Origin: Takakia lepidozioides
Lineage: Eukaryota; Plantae; Bryophyta
Direction: 5' to 3'
NCBI GenBank assembly: GCA_030704615.1
Contig: CM060733.1
Span: 64,108,001 to 64,172,000 of the forward strand
Length of the DNA stretch: 64,000 nt
A program made the translations under genes and the position numbers. Within the stretch, counting starts at the first letter, position 1. Each line of letters starts with the position of its first letter. This document shows positions 49,479 to 61,236 of the stretch, one piece after another. A model generated the notes under the pieces. The model had not been told where the DNA came from, did not search any database, and saw nothing but the letters and a program-made list of their open reading frames with translations.

Positions 49479-50376
49479 TGTCGCGCGGCTTTTACTCACC
49501 CATCCCTTCGCTATTCGAGGCGGAAACTCCAAGATGAAGAGTTGGAAATCTCTAAGTACTTAGCCCGCGCAGAACAATCAGTCATGACCTACAGCTAGTG
49601 TATCATGGGGGTGTTTCCTATTTGTTTCCCTTTTGGTATTCATGTTAACTATCTTACCATTGATAATTAGTATCAGTTTGCTTTATCAATCTATTGGATT
49701 CCATCACTCATCCATTCATTCCACAATTCACAGCTTCACTCAGATCTCTCTACACAGTGTGTTTGTATCGTAAAAGTATCCCGATTATGATTTATCAGGT
49801 ATCAGGCCGAAGCCATTGTGTCTCTAATCTCCTCTACAATATCATACAGCCTTGCATATCTCAAGCATCTATTCATCATCTCTCTATCTCCACTTCCGTT
49901 CTTCATCTCTGCCCGATCCCCTCTCCTCTATCACCAAGAAGTCCTCCTCCGAATGATGTCCCTCAATTCCCCGTTTCTCCCCTTTATCTTCCTCTCCGCG
50001 TTTCTAACCGTCCCTTCCCTCACTAACCGTGTCTGTGAACTAACATGTTCCCTTCGCAGGTGTTGTCCCCACAGTCGTTCCCTGTCCTACTCTTCTTTCG
50101 TTCCTATGATCGTGACAGCTGTGTCAAGCCTGTGACTGGCTGTGTGAACTGTGACGGGCTGTGTCGGCTGTGTCGGCTGTGTCTGCTGTGACGACTGTGA
50201 CGGGCTGTGTTGGCTTTGTTGGCTGTGACGACTGTGACGACTGTGACGGGCTTTGTAACCCCCCTCTACAGTGCGCTGCTGTCACCCTAAGGCTCCTGTT
50301 GTCTCAGTCTGTGCAAAAATTAAGGGTACCCTACAGATCCCGTATAAGTGTCTAAGTCCCCGACAGTCCTCTAACA
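49479..50376 (-). repeat. 5' LTR of the 16-kb element
   Basis: Followed by the PBS on the minus strand. Confidence 0.93.
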
Positions 50377-50637
50377 AATCTCATGGCAACAGACATGGTT
50401 GGACACTACAGCCTCTAAGTTAGATTTATCCAGCAGGGTGAAGACTTGTGGTTCCAAGTCCGGGTCCAGGTCCTTGAGAATCTCTTCTACTGTCTTCTGC
50501 CAGGACTTAGCCTGTTTGACAGGTCCGTGGGCGGTCCTGTTTCCAAGATATAAAGTCGATTAACTTAGGATATTTGGTGTTGGACATATGCTGCAGCTGA
50601 CCCCACCATCTGACCTCCCCCCCCCCTTTTTTTCATT

Positions 50638-51973
50638 GTTGCCCCCTCTCTCCCTCTGTCTCCCTCCTTGGAACTGCGCGGTTGCCATGTTCTTTTCATG
50701 ATTTTCCATCTAACACCAGATGGACTCTAAAAGGTGTTTTCACCCGCTTGTAAGGTTTTCTATCCATACCAGAAGAATCACATGGGTGGACACTAAAGTA
50801 CCTTTAAAAAGGACTTATAATTTTTCATTCCTCTTTTATTGACTTTCATCTATATCAGATGGAACACCAGAGAATGAGGAATTAACACTGGCATCCTATC
50901 TATAATTTTTCCATCCATGCCAGATGAAAAATACCAGGATTTGAATTCGTTTTATTTCTCCTTTTACCTCTTTTTTTCCGTACTGGATGAGGCTTTTCTC
51001 TTAAGGGATGACGAATTACCTGTTAGGATAAAAACCCGCTGCCCTAGATGATGGATACTAATTTTTCATCTTGCTGATGGACCTCATCCAAACAAATGAA
51101 CCTATTATTTTTTCCATCTGGACCGGATGAAAAAAGCAGCTTATGAACGGCCATGGAGATTTTTCTAATTACCCTTAATTATGCTAATTAAGGAGTGAAA
51201 CCCTAACTCCTACCCTATAATCTACTGTTTAAAGCTAGCTAACGGATGACATCCGTTGGGTTCTTAAGAGAAAGGGTATTGATTATTCATCCTACGGATG
51301 AAAATCGGGCTCTGCCCTAGGGTGTCTCTCCCGTCTGTCAGCTGCATTCCTCGTGCTGCTGAGCTCGCGGTTTATGGCGTCTGAGCCCTGTTGCTACCCT
51401 GTCTGCTGCTTCATGCCGGACGAGCTTCCTGGGGATGCGCAATGGCGGCGTCTTGTCTCTTCTCACAGGCGGGAGAACCTGCTGTGATGGCATCATCCAT
51501 TTCCCTCCTCTGGCTTTATGTTTCACAGCGGCGCTTTGGTGGGGAAATATATCGTTCCCCTCTCCCTTCTTAGACCTAGCATTTGTATGCTTCGCTTCTC
51601 CTTAGCTGTGCTATGAGTGGCGTGTTTGGTGGCGATGGTGCAATTTACCTTCCCCAATCGCTCATGGTGTTTTTGTTGGCGATTAGGGTTCATTTTACTT
51701 CATATCTTTCTCTCTTGTCTCTTGGGGTTCTTAGTTGACATCGATAACAAGTGTAGGGTCTGTGATTCACCTGGGGTTTCCACAATCCTCACTAACCCAT
51801 TGGTTTTTGTGGGGGCTTGTGATGGACCAGGTGAGGATCCCTACCTACTTTGAATTCCTCTTGAGTTGCAGATAAGGATGTGTGCAAAGAATACTGCTGC
51901 TGCCTGCAGCCCCGATTTCGGCCCGCTTGCTCCTGGTTTGACATGATAATGCTTGCTTTTGACTTATCTTTTG
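50638..51973 (+). repeat. Direct repeat copy 1 (~1.3 kb); copy 2 is 55254-55869 plus 61242-62014
   Basis: Collinear identity. Copy 1 has the empty site GGAGTGAAACCCTAA (~51192-51206) for the chromovirus inserted in copy 2. Confidence 0.9.
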
Positions 51974-52659
51974 GTTACCTGGTGTAGCCCCTGCAACCCG
52001 ATCCTGTTCCACTTGAGAAAGCACGACCTGAATCAAAAAAGTCTTTTTAACAGCCTCCTTCTCTTCATCCGGTACGTCCATAAAACCAAAAATTGGGTGA
52101 TTGCTCACTGTGGGTACAATTCATTTTCAACCTTGGTCGAGGACTTCTGGGTGGACACAGGTAAGGCATCTTCATTGTTAGCCACCGAAGGGCATCCTCA
52201 ATCGAGGAGCCTTTCTTTTCCCAAGCAGCAATCTCATAGCATCATCTTCCAATACTTCCAGTAACCTAGAATGGTCTTTCTGGAGTTTTTCCAACCACAT
52301 TCCCATTCTTGTTTACCATAATGCCAAGAGCAACCCAATCCTCCAAAGCTAGTGTTTCCAGTAATAAGACAGGTCAGTTATCATCGGCATCTTCAATAGC
52401 TTTAGATTCCAGCTTTTGTACACAGCCTCGTGAATTCCCTGATTTGATTTGTGCAAATGTGGCTTGCACTGCTGGAATAGGAGGGGGCAGGGGCAGCTGA
52501 TATCCAAGGGCCTTAAGCTCACCTTCCATTCGATATGGCCTTGTTGGCTTTCTGCCAGCCATCCAAGCAACTGTTAATAAGTCACAATGGTGAGGCAATA
52601 ACAAGAAAGGAAGACAGTAGATAGTGTGTACAAAAACCACTAAGTACACTGGAACAAGA

Positions 52660-53795
52660 AGAGTGGGAAGATATTCATGTCATGTCAAGACATGGACAAG
52701 ACCAACTAGGGTCATTGTCAATTAAAGACATAAACAGCCCCATGACAGGGCACCATCTACCATTTCCAGTCTTGTCATAACCACACCAAGTGAACGCCAC
52801 CCATTCAGTCATGATAAACAGGGTGGGAGGGTGGGGTATGTTCAAAATCGATTCCTGTCATGTACCCAAGTGACCCTTATCACAATATAAGTCAGATTGC
52901 AGCCTCAGATTACTCATCCATAGTTATCCATAAGATATGCACCATGCATATATCATGGGCATATAAGAGTATCTTGCCACATTACAGATCCAAGATATGC
53001 ACACACAAGTACCTTTGAGGTGATCCAAGACAGCATTATGCAAAGTATGTAAGAACAATCTGCCTTGCACACATTAGTGAGTGTTCACACCGGCAGCAGG
53101 AAGGACCAGCCTGCAATTAATTACACTTCAGAACCTGCCACCAAGTACACTTCTTGGGCAAGGTAAGCCATATTACACAGCTTTCACATTTGGCCAAATG
53201 TAAGCACCCCAAGCAATGCATCTTGCAAAGCCTTCTGGGTATGTAAGAACCAGTTTGTCATTGTATATATTCAGGACCTGTGCACATAGGACTCTTGCAT
53301 GGAAGAAAGGTCTGTCCTGTCACAACATCCCCAGATCTGGACACACATACACTTTGAGTGTCCAAGACCAAGCCCACTTGGCCAAGATAAATCATACAAT
53401 GCAGTGGCTGTTCAAATGGCAAAATAGAGTAATAAATCATTGGCCAGAATCCTTTAGAGCTTACCGTCACTGTATCACAGGAGCTAATGCCATGTTTTGC
53501 AAATAGAACCTCATTATGCTCCATTCCACAACAAAACCAGGTCTGAAAACGGCCTGTCACTGCCTTATCAGACTGTCTTCTTGAAACAAAACTCAGTCTC
53601 CTCACCTTATAGCAAACACCCATTTATGTACTTGTCCCTTACACCATCAATCCTCTTTTAAGGCCAAAAAGAAGGGGAACCGAGTCTAAAAATCCACAGA
53701 CAAAGCTGTCAAAGACTCAAGACAAGGTAGGATTCACATGCATGCTGCATGAGACAAGGCTGCCAGGCCAAAGTGCTCCATCAGCAGCAGCAGCA
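52660..53795. repeat. ~1.1-kb segment present in inverted orientation at 62012-63115
   Basis: The reverse complement of GGCCAAAGTGCTCCATCAGCAG (53766) is at ~62018. Collinear through to GTCATGTCAAGACATGG (52679 versus ~63100). Confidence 0.9.
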
Positions 53796-55869
53796 ATTCG
53801 TCCCCTGGTTACCCCCTAGGGCATTTGAGCTTGAGGTTGCCAATAATGACCATATGTGTGGCATCCATTGGCCAACATAAATCTGCTGGCCCCTATTTCG
53901 GTTGATATGTGGGTCAAATGGGGCAACATAACACCAACCGAACGAAACTGATGTGCACAGGATGCCAAAGATAGCTTCCAAAGGTTCAAAAAGAGCCATT
54001 GCCCTGCATGGCCTCTACGGACCTTTTACTATAACTTTGTGACAAGGTGAGAACTTGACCTTGCGAACCAAGAATGACTTACCTACTGGTTCAGCCAAGA
54101 TCTAGAATCCACAAAGTCAGCTGTTTAACTGGCATAGGCCTTACATTCCATGTAATTGTGGGTCTGGGAATGCATCATCTGGTTGTGTTGGAAGTGTTTC
54201 TTGGTTTGACCATTTGGTATGGTACATGTTGAATAACCTGATGGTGTTCTTCCCTGATGATATCATACCCTTCTATTCAACCAAGTATTACAATTTTCTG
54301 GTATGGATCATAAGGCCGCCAGATCTGCCGTTCTGGCAACAAATCACTTTTCAGATGATACGGGAATTCATCATGGGCAGCTGTGAATTTGCAGCTGACC
54401 CCAATGCTAATTACTTGTCAGATTGGGCGATTCCAAGACAACCAAGTACATTGAAAGGATGCTGAAACCTGGTATTTCACGGACAGCCAGCCAAGCCTCA
54501 GTTTAATAACTACACACGGCAGCCTGTGGAGGGACGACACATCACCAACAAGGAAAAACATACGCTCCCCCGAGGAAGAGCACCCCGTACGAGGAAGAGG
54601 CCTCTACCAAGGGGTGGACACTCTGGCCGGATGCAATCTTCTACCAACACATCTATCTGAAAATCCAGACCACCCAACCGTTCTACACCTGGCGGATCTG
54701 GGTCTAATTCCACTTCCACCATTAACATTGCCAGTCAAGAATCATACAGGACCCGGAGGGGTAATTGAGGATTTCTCCCATCCGCAAACGGATTTCAGAT
54801 CTTGGAAGGATTTCTGATTGGGTATATGCTCTCTTCATTTACCTGTATGCACTTCATGAGTACTCTTCTTCTGATTTATGCAGACTGGTGTCCACATCCA
54901 TAGTAGTTTTTAGCTACTCATGGCAATGTGTACCAATCATCGATATATCAGACCAGGTTTAAAGAGGTTTGTCCCTTGTTTTGATTATCCTGCTTTCAGT
55001 TTGAGTGACATACAACTGCTATTCTTTGGAAAGATTCCACATGGCCGTATACAGGTCCTCTTTATTCATGTGCTGATAGGTATGGTATGGGGAGGAAGTA
55101 GGATTTCCAACCCCTTTTGGCAATCCTGTCCGGGGATTTGGAACTACTTTTTGCAGTGGGAGAAACTTATGAGGGTCTGGTATGCACTCCTTACGGGGTG
55201 AGTGCATACCACACGCACTCCATAAGGGACTGCCATACCAGGGGCTGTTGGTGGTTGCCCCCTCTCTCCCTCTGCCTCCCTCCTCGGAACTGGCCGTTTG
55301 CATCAGTTGTTCTTTTCATGATTTCCATCTATACAGATGGACTCTAAAAGGTGTTTGCAAAAAACCGACTTGTAAAGGTTTTATATCCATACCAGAAGAA
55401 TCACCCGGGTGGACACTAAGTTACCTTTAAAAAGACTTATAATTTTTCATTTCCTCTCTTTATTGACTTCATCTATATCAGATGGGTCCCAGAGAATGAG
55501 GAATTACCTCCATAAGGAGGGTTATGACACTGGCATCCTATCTATAATTTTCCATCCATGCCGGATGAAAAACTACCAGGATTTGAATCCGTTTTAATTT
55601 CCCCTTTATAACGCGTTTTTTACGTACTGGATGAGCTTCATCTTAAGGATGACGATTACCTTTAGGATGAAAAACCGCTTGCCCGGATGATGGATACTAA
55701 TTTTTCATCTTGCTGATGGACCCTATCATCCAACAAATTAACCTATTTATTTTTTCATCTGGACCGGACCTATTTATTTTTTCATCTGGACCGGATGAAA
55801 AAAGCAGCTTATGATGGCCATGGAGATTTTTCTAATTACCCTTAATTATTGCTAATTAAGGAGTGAAAC

Positions 55870-58800
55870 TGTCGCGGCCCTTTGCCTTGAGGGCAGGGGT
55901 CGGGACGCAGAGGGGCTCCCCTGTGGTGGGGGCGGTGGCAGCAATAGGTACGGGGGGCTGAAGCACCCTTGAGTGCCCAAGGCACTCAAGGCACTCAAGG
56001 AGGCGGAGGCGCTCACTAGGTGGAGCCCCGCACACCGGGTTGCGGTGGGGTGGTTCCACAAGGGTGGAGGTAGCTTAGTGGGACTTAGTGGGGGTGGCAT
56101 AGGACTCACCATGGGGCGGAGACCTTGTGGTGGGAGTCGTGGGGAGTCTTGGGACTCACCACGGTCCAATGGGGTGGGCCAGGCTCACCGCGACTCATCA
56201 CCGGGAATCGAGGGTCTTCGTGGTGGTTCGCCATAAAATGGCATGGTTGTTTGTGGACAGTCACAGAAGTATATATAGGGAGTAGTAACCCCGAGAACGG
56301 TGCAAGCCCGTTGGTGACCAAAAACTAGTGAGTAAGCAAGCGAGCCGGAAAGCGACAAAGGAGTAGGGAGCTATTCCGGACTGCCATCTACCAAAGGGAA
56401 TTTCCACTAGGCCCAAATTGGTGGAGGGTCTATTGGGGGAAGACAGGGGGACCGTTATGACCCGGTGAGTAGCCGAAGCTCCGAGTTGGCCCGGCGGCCA
56501 GGTTGGGAGTTAGGCGCGCGCATCAAAGCGAGTAACTATGACTTGAAGGGGAGCTTACCAAAGTGAGGTGCGCGACACTTGGTATCAGAGCTTAGAGCTC
56601 AGTACGCGATCGTCCTTGGGATTGGCCTCATCATGGGGTCGGGCAAGCCAAAGCGAAAGCGGAACAGCCCGAAAGATGATGATCTTGGTGAGCCCGATGG
56701 GGGCGACGTGTCACCGAAGCGGCCATTTGAGGAAGCGATGCATGCTTTTGAAAACGAGGCCGTTCAAGAACGGGAGGAATCTGAGGAGTCGGAGCCCGAG
56801 GAATCCCTGAGAGCTCCGACAGACCAACAGATGCCTCCCATGCCGGCAGCCTTTAGGGAAGGGTTGTTGGCGCAGTTTGGCGGGATGTTGAAAGACATGT
56901 TGAAGGCGGCTAATGCCACTTCCACTAAGGCAAAGTTTAAGGTGAAGCCTAAGGAACCCGACACCTTTGAGGGCGTCCGAAATCAAAAGGCACTCAACAC
57001 CTGGCTCTTGGAGCTAGAGCAGTATTTCCGGGCGGCCAAGTTGAGTGACAAGGATCGGGTGGAAGTGGCTCCCACCTATTTGAGGGGTTATGCTCAACAA
57101 TGGTGGCAGAAACGCCTTCACAACCGAGGTCCAAACCCGGAAACCTTGAACTGGAGTGGGTTCAAGGAACTGATGAAGAGACAATTGTGCCCCTCAACGC
57201 GTCCTGGCTCGCCCGGGAGAAGATGAGAAATCTGAAGCAAACGGATGACATTCGGGGATATGTTCAGGCTTTCAATGTGTTGTTGCTTGAAGTCGCGGAC
57301 ATGGCAGAACCAGAAATGGTCTTCAACTTTGTGGGGGGACTGGCCCCATGGGCCAGGCGGAAGTTGGAGGAGAAGCCACCTAAGACTTTGAACGAGGCAA
57401 TTGAGAGGGCTGAATGTTTCTCGGATGTCCCTAGGGGCGAAAGACAAGGCCGTACGGAGCTGAACCACAAGAAGACCCGGAGGGAGGGTGACTCCTTTCG
57501 ACCGGAAAAGAAGTGGGATAGGCCACGCGGCGACAATGGCACGTGGAAATCGAAGGGAGGGCCTTCACATGCCAAGACGACACCCGGTGCTCCGAAAGGA
57601 AAATCAGGTGCGACGTCTTATGGCGGACAAAAGGCGTCCTTCGATGGAGTGTGCTTCAATTGTGGGGAGCCCGGGCACATGGCCAAGAATTGTACGAATC
57701 CCCGACAATTGAACATGACTCGGGGCAACCACGGAGTTGTCCGAAGCTTCCATCAGCCGCTTGGTGGAGGCGGTGGTCGCCAAGACTTGCAAGGTAGGCA
57801 ACTACTCTTGTAAGTTGTATCAGGAAACTGGCGCCTTGCGAAAAGGGAGTCAGTTAATGTTTGTGAGTGGGATAATCTCCGGAACTAACGTGTCGTTGTT
57901 GGTGGACACAAGAGCGTCGCACTCCTTCATGACACCGGCAACGGCACAAGAAGCTGGGACTCCCGACAAGTGATGTGGGGCCTCTATTGAGGTGCGTTCT
58001 GCTAAAGGAGAACCACAATTGGCGACGAGGTTGGCGTTCGATGTTCCTCTTCAGCTCGAGAGTTGGGAGGGACGTGAGAACTTCACCATTTACGAGATCG
58101 ATGGAGTGGATCTTATTTTGGGGGATGACATTTTTGAGCAGATCCGGAGCGGTCATAGATGGCCGCAAGAGAGTGGTCACGCTACCGATCCGGAAGGCTT
58201 ACCGGAAAGATGAGATGGCGAAGTCCGTGATGCGGGACTTGAGGATGGGGGTTTAATCGCAGTTCCACTTGCAAAATGGACTGCTCCGGTATAAGCATAA
58301 ACGTCTTTACGTGCCGAAGGGAGGGATCAGAGATAGTTTCTTGAGAGAATGCCATGATGGCCCGCTTGCAGGCCACGGCGGAGCCAAGCGCATCGCGGCA
58401 CTCTTGAAGAAAGAGTATTTTTGGCCCAAACTGAGGGAGGAGGCCGAGGAGTATGTCAAGACATGCACCACATGCCAACAAAATCGGAGCGAGTACAAAA
58501 AGCAAGCGGGGCTGTTACAACCCTTGCCGATTCCAGAGGGGTCTTGGGAAAGCGTCTCGATGGATTTCATGACTGCTATGCCGCTGTCAAAAGGATTTGA
58601 TGCAATCATGGTGGTGGTGGATAGGTTCAGTAAAATGGGCCATTTCATTCCCACCAAGGGGACGGCAACGGCACAGGAGACGGGCCGACTTTACTTCGCC
58701 CACGTCTTCAAGCATCATGGACTGCCGAAGGATATTGTCTCGGACCGCGATCCAAAGTTTACGAGTAACTTTTGGAGGGCACTTTGGAAGAAGATGGGGA

Positions 58801-61236
58801 CGAGGCTCAAGATGAGCACCGCCCTCCGACCTACAACGAACGGCCAAACGGAAAGGGTGAATTCCGTGGTGAAGCAGATCTTGCGGAATTACGTGTCGGC
58901 GGACCAATCGGACTGGGTGGAGCACTTGGACGTGGCAAAGTTTTGTAACACTCCGCAACGGGTGTTTCCCCTTTCGTATTGGTCTATGGAAAAGCACCTC
59001 TAATGTCGACAAGTTGGGCTGCCCAAGACGTTGAGAAACCGGCAGCAGCAGCGGTGTTGGAGGAACGCGAACGCTTGTTGAATCTCGTAAAGTACAACAT
59101 CGCCAAAGCTAGGAAACGGTATGAACGGCAGGCAATCGGAAGCGGAGGGAAGTCAAGTTTGAGGCAGGCACGGAGGTCTGGTTGAACATCAAGAATTTTC
59201 GACTACCTCCCGAAGTGAGTCTGAAGTTCATACCTCCGTATGCGGGACCCTTTCGCATCCGGAAGGTTATGAATGAGGATGTGTATGAATTGGAGCTGCC
59301 GGCAAACAGCAAGGTGCATCCGGTATTCCACGTCTCCCTTTTGAAGCCTTACTTCAAAGATGAAGCGCATCCGAATCGGCATCAAGTGTTGCGTTCGTCA
59401 CCTATGCTGTTGGATCATGAAAATGAACCTGAGTACGAGGTGGAGGCAGTGCTTAAGTCGAGGAGGTTCAAGAATCGAGAAATAGAGTATCTCGTGAAAT
59501 GGAAGGGCTATCATCATGTGGAGGCATCTTGGGTGCGTGCCTCAGAAATGGAAAAAACGCATCTGAGGCGGTTGCAGCTTTCGAAGGGCGACCTCAAAAG
59601 CGGAAGAAGCGTTGATGGGGACATCAACCTTGGAGCGTGGGGGAGGAAATGCATGTTTAGCCCGGCTTAGCTAGCTCAGGAATCCGATTGCAAAAAAACT
59701 TGTGTTGTATAAATTTTGTTGTAAATGAAGTGGTTTCCAAATGTTGCGCCTCCTATTTTGTTTGGAATGGTGATGCATGGTATGGTTGGTTAGTGTGTAG
59801 AATGCATGCTAGCTTACAAAAGTGGGAGAGGTAAATTGGATTAATCGTGTGTTTTCGTAGTGCCGAAATCGGGCGACTCCCATCCAAGGGGCAAGGAAAC
59901 TTGCACCTTCTTTGGGAGGTCACGTGCTAGTGCGCACCTGGCGCGTGCGCCTACTATAACTGCGCTACCGAGGGGGTTGCCTTGTATAACGCGGAAGCTA
60001 CGTGCTTCCGTTCACATACTATAATTGTGTGGCCTCGGGACGAAGTCGTAGTGCGGCTTCGGCGTGTTCCCGTACCTCAGGCCAGCATTCCAAGGCGGAC
60101 CCAATTGTAGTGATTGGGGCGCACGGTTGGTTCAAGGTTACCTTCCTAGTCAAAAAAGGGTTCAAGGTGAACCTTTGCTCAAGGTGATGCCAAAAGCGGC
60201 ATCATGAGCGGTCGCAAGCAATGTTGTTGCAATAAGGCGATTCAATCCTCGGGGAGGATAGTTCCTTGGCCGTGAAGTGGGCCAAGAAGAGTGCACTGGG
60301 AGGAGCTTGAGAGGCTCCACCATTGGCCGGGACTTGGAGAAAGTTGGCCGAACTAGCTAGTGGAGAGTAGAGTCAAGTGTGGGTTTGGTTCTTTGCCATG
60401 GGACGCCATGGTGCGGAAACAAACTCCTTGATGTGGGACGCCACAACTTGGATGTTTGTTTCTACAAAATGGACAATTCGATGAGGACATCGACTCCCTG
60501 TTGGTAGGGGTGTGTGTCGCGGCCCTTTGCCTTGAGGGCAGGGGGTCGGGACGAAGAGGGGTTGCCCCTGTGGTGGGGGCGGTGGCAGCAATAGGTACGG
60601 GGGGCTGAAGCACCCTTGAGTGCCCAAGGCACTCAAGGAGGCGGAGGCGCTCACTAGGTGGAGCCCCGCACACCGGGGTGGGGGGGTGGCTCCACAAGGG
60701 GTGGAGATAGCTTAGTGGGACTTAGTGGGGGTGGCATAGGACTCACCATGGGGCGGAGACCTTGTGGTGGGAGTCGTGGGGAGTCTTGGGACTCACCACG
60801 GTCCAATGGGGCCGTGGTGGGTGGGCCAAGACTCACCGCGACTCATCACCGGGAATCGAGGGTCTTCGTGGTGGTTCGCCATAAAATGGCATGGTTGTTT
60901 GTGAAACCCCTGCGAACAGTCACAGAAGTATATATAGGGAGTAGTAACCCCGAGAACGGTGCAAGCCCGTTGATGACCAAAAACTAGTGAGTAAGCGAGC
61001 GAGCCGGAAAACGACCAAGGAGTGGGGAGCTATTCCGGACTGCCATCTACCAAAGGGAATTTCCACTAGGCCCAAATTGGTAGAGGGTCTGTTGGGGGAA
61101 GAAAGGGGGACCGTTATGTCCCGGTGAGTAGCCGAAGCTCCGAGTTGGCCCGGCGGCCAGGTTGGGAGTTAGGCGCGCGCATCAAAGCGAGTAACTATGA
61201 CTTGAAGGGGAGCTTACCGAAGTGAGGTGCGCGACA
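55870..61236 (+). mobile_element. Chromovirus copy C: complete ends (LTRs 55870-56577 and 60515-61236, TSD GAAAC) but RT and RNase H deleted
   Basis: TG..CA LTRs, PBS TGGTATCAGAGC at 56580, PPT at ~60503, TSD at 55865-55869 and 61237-61241. The protease is fused to the integrase at ~58185, and the chromodomain lies at ~59430-59590. Confidence 0.95.

Larger units (their letters stand above)
34153..50376 (-). mobile_element. Full-length non-chromovirus Ty3/gypsy (Athila/Phygy/Selgy-like), 16.2 kb, TSD AATCT
   Basis: LTRs at 49479-50376 (5') and 34153-35080 (3'), TG..CA. PBS TGGCGACCAT (49461-49476), PPT GAGGGGGGAAGGGG (35081-35100), TSD at 34148-34152 and 50377-50381. Gag-PR-RT-RH-INT without a chromodomain. 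Confidence 0.94.

Noticed and set aside
60250-60320. Relic second chromodomain (LAVKWAK)
   Set aside because: The match is too short and the flanking chromodomain residues are absent.
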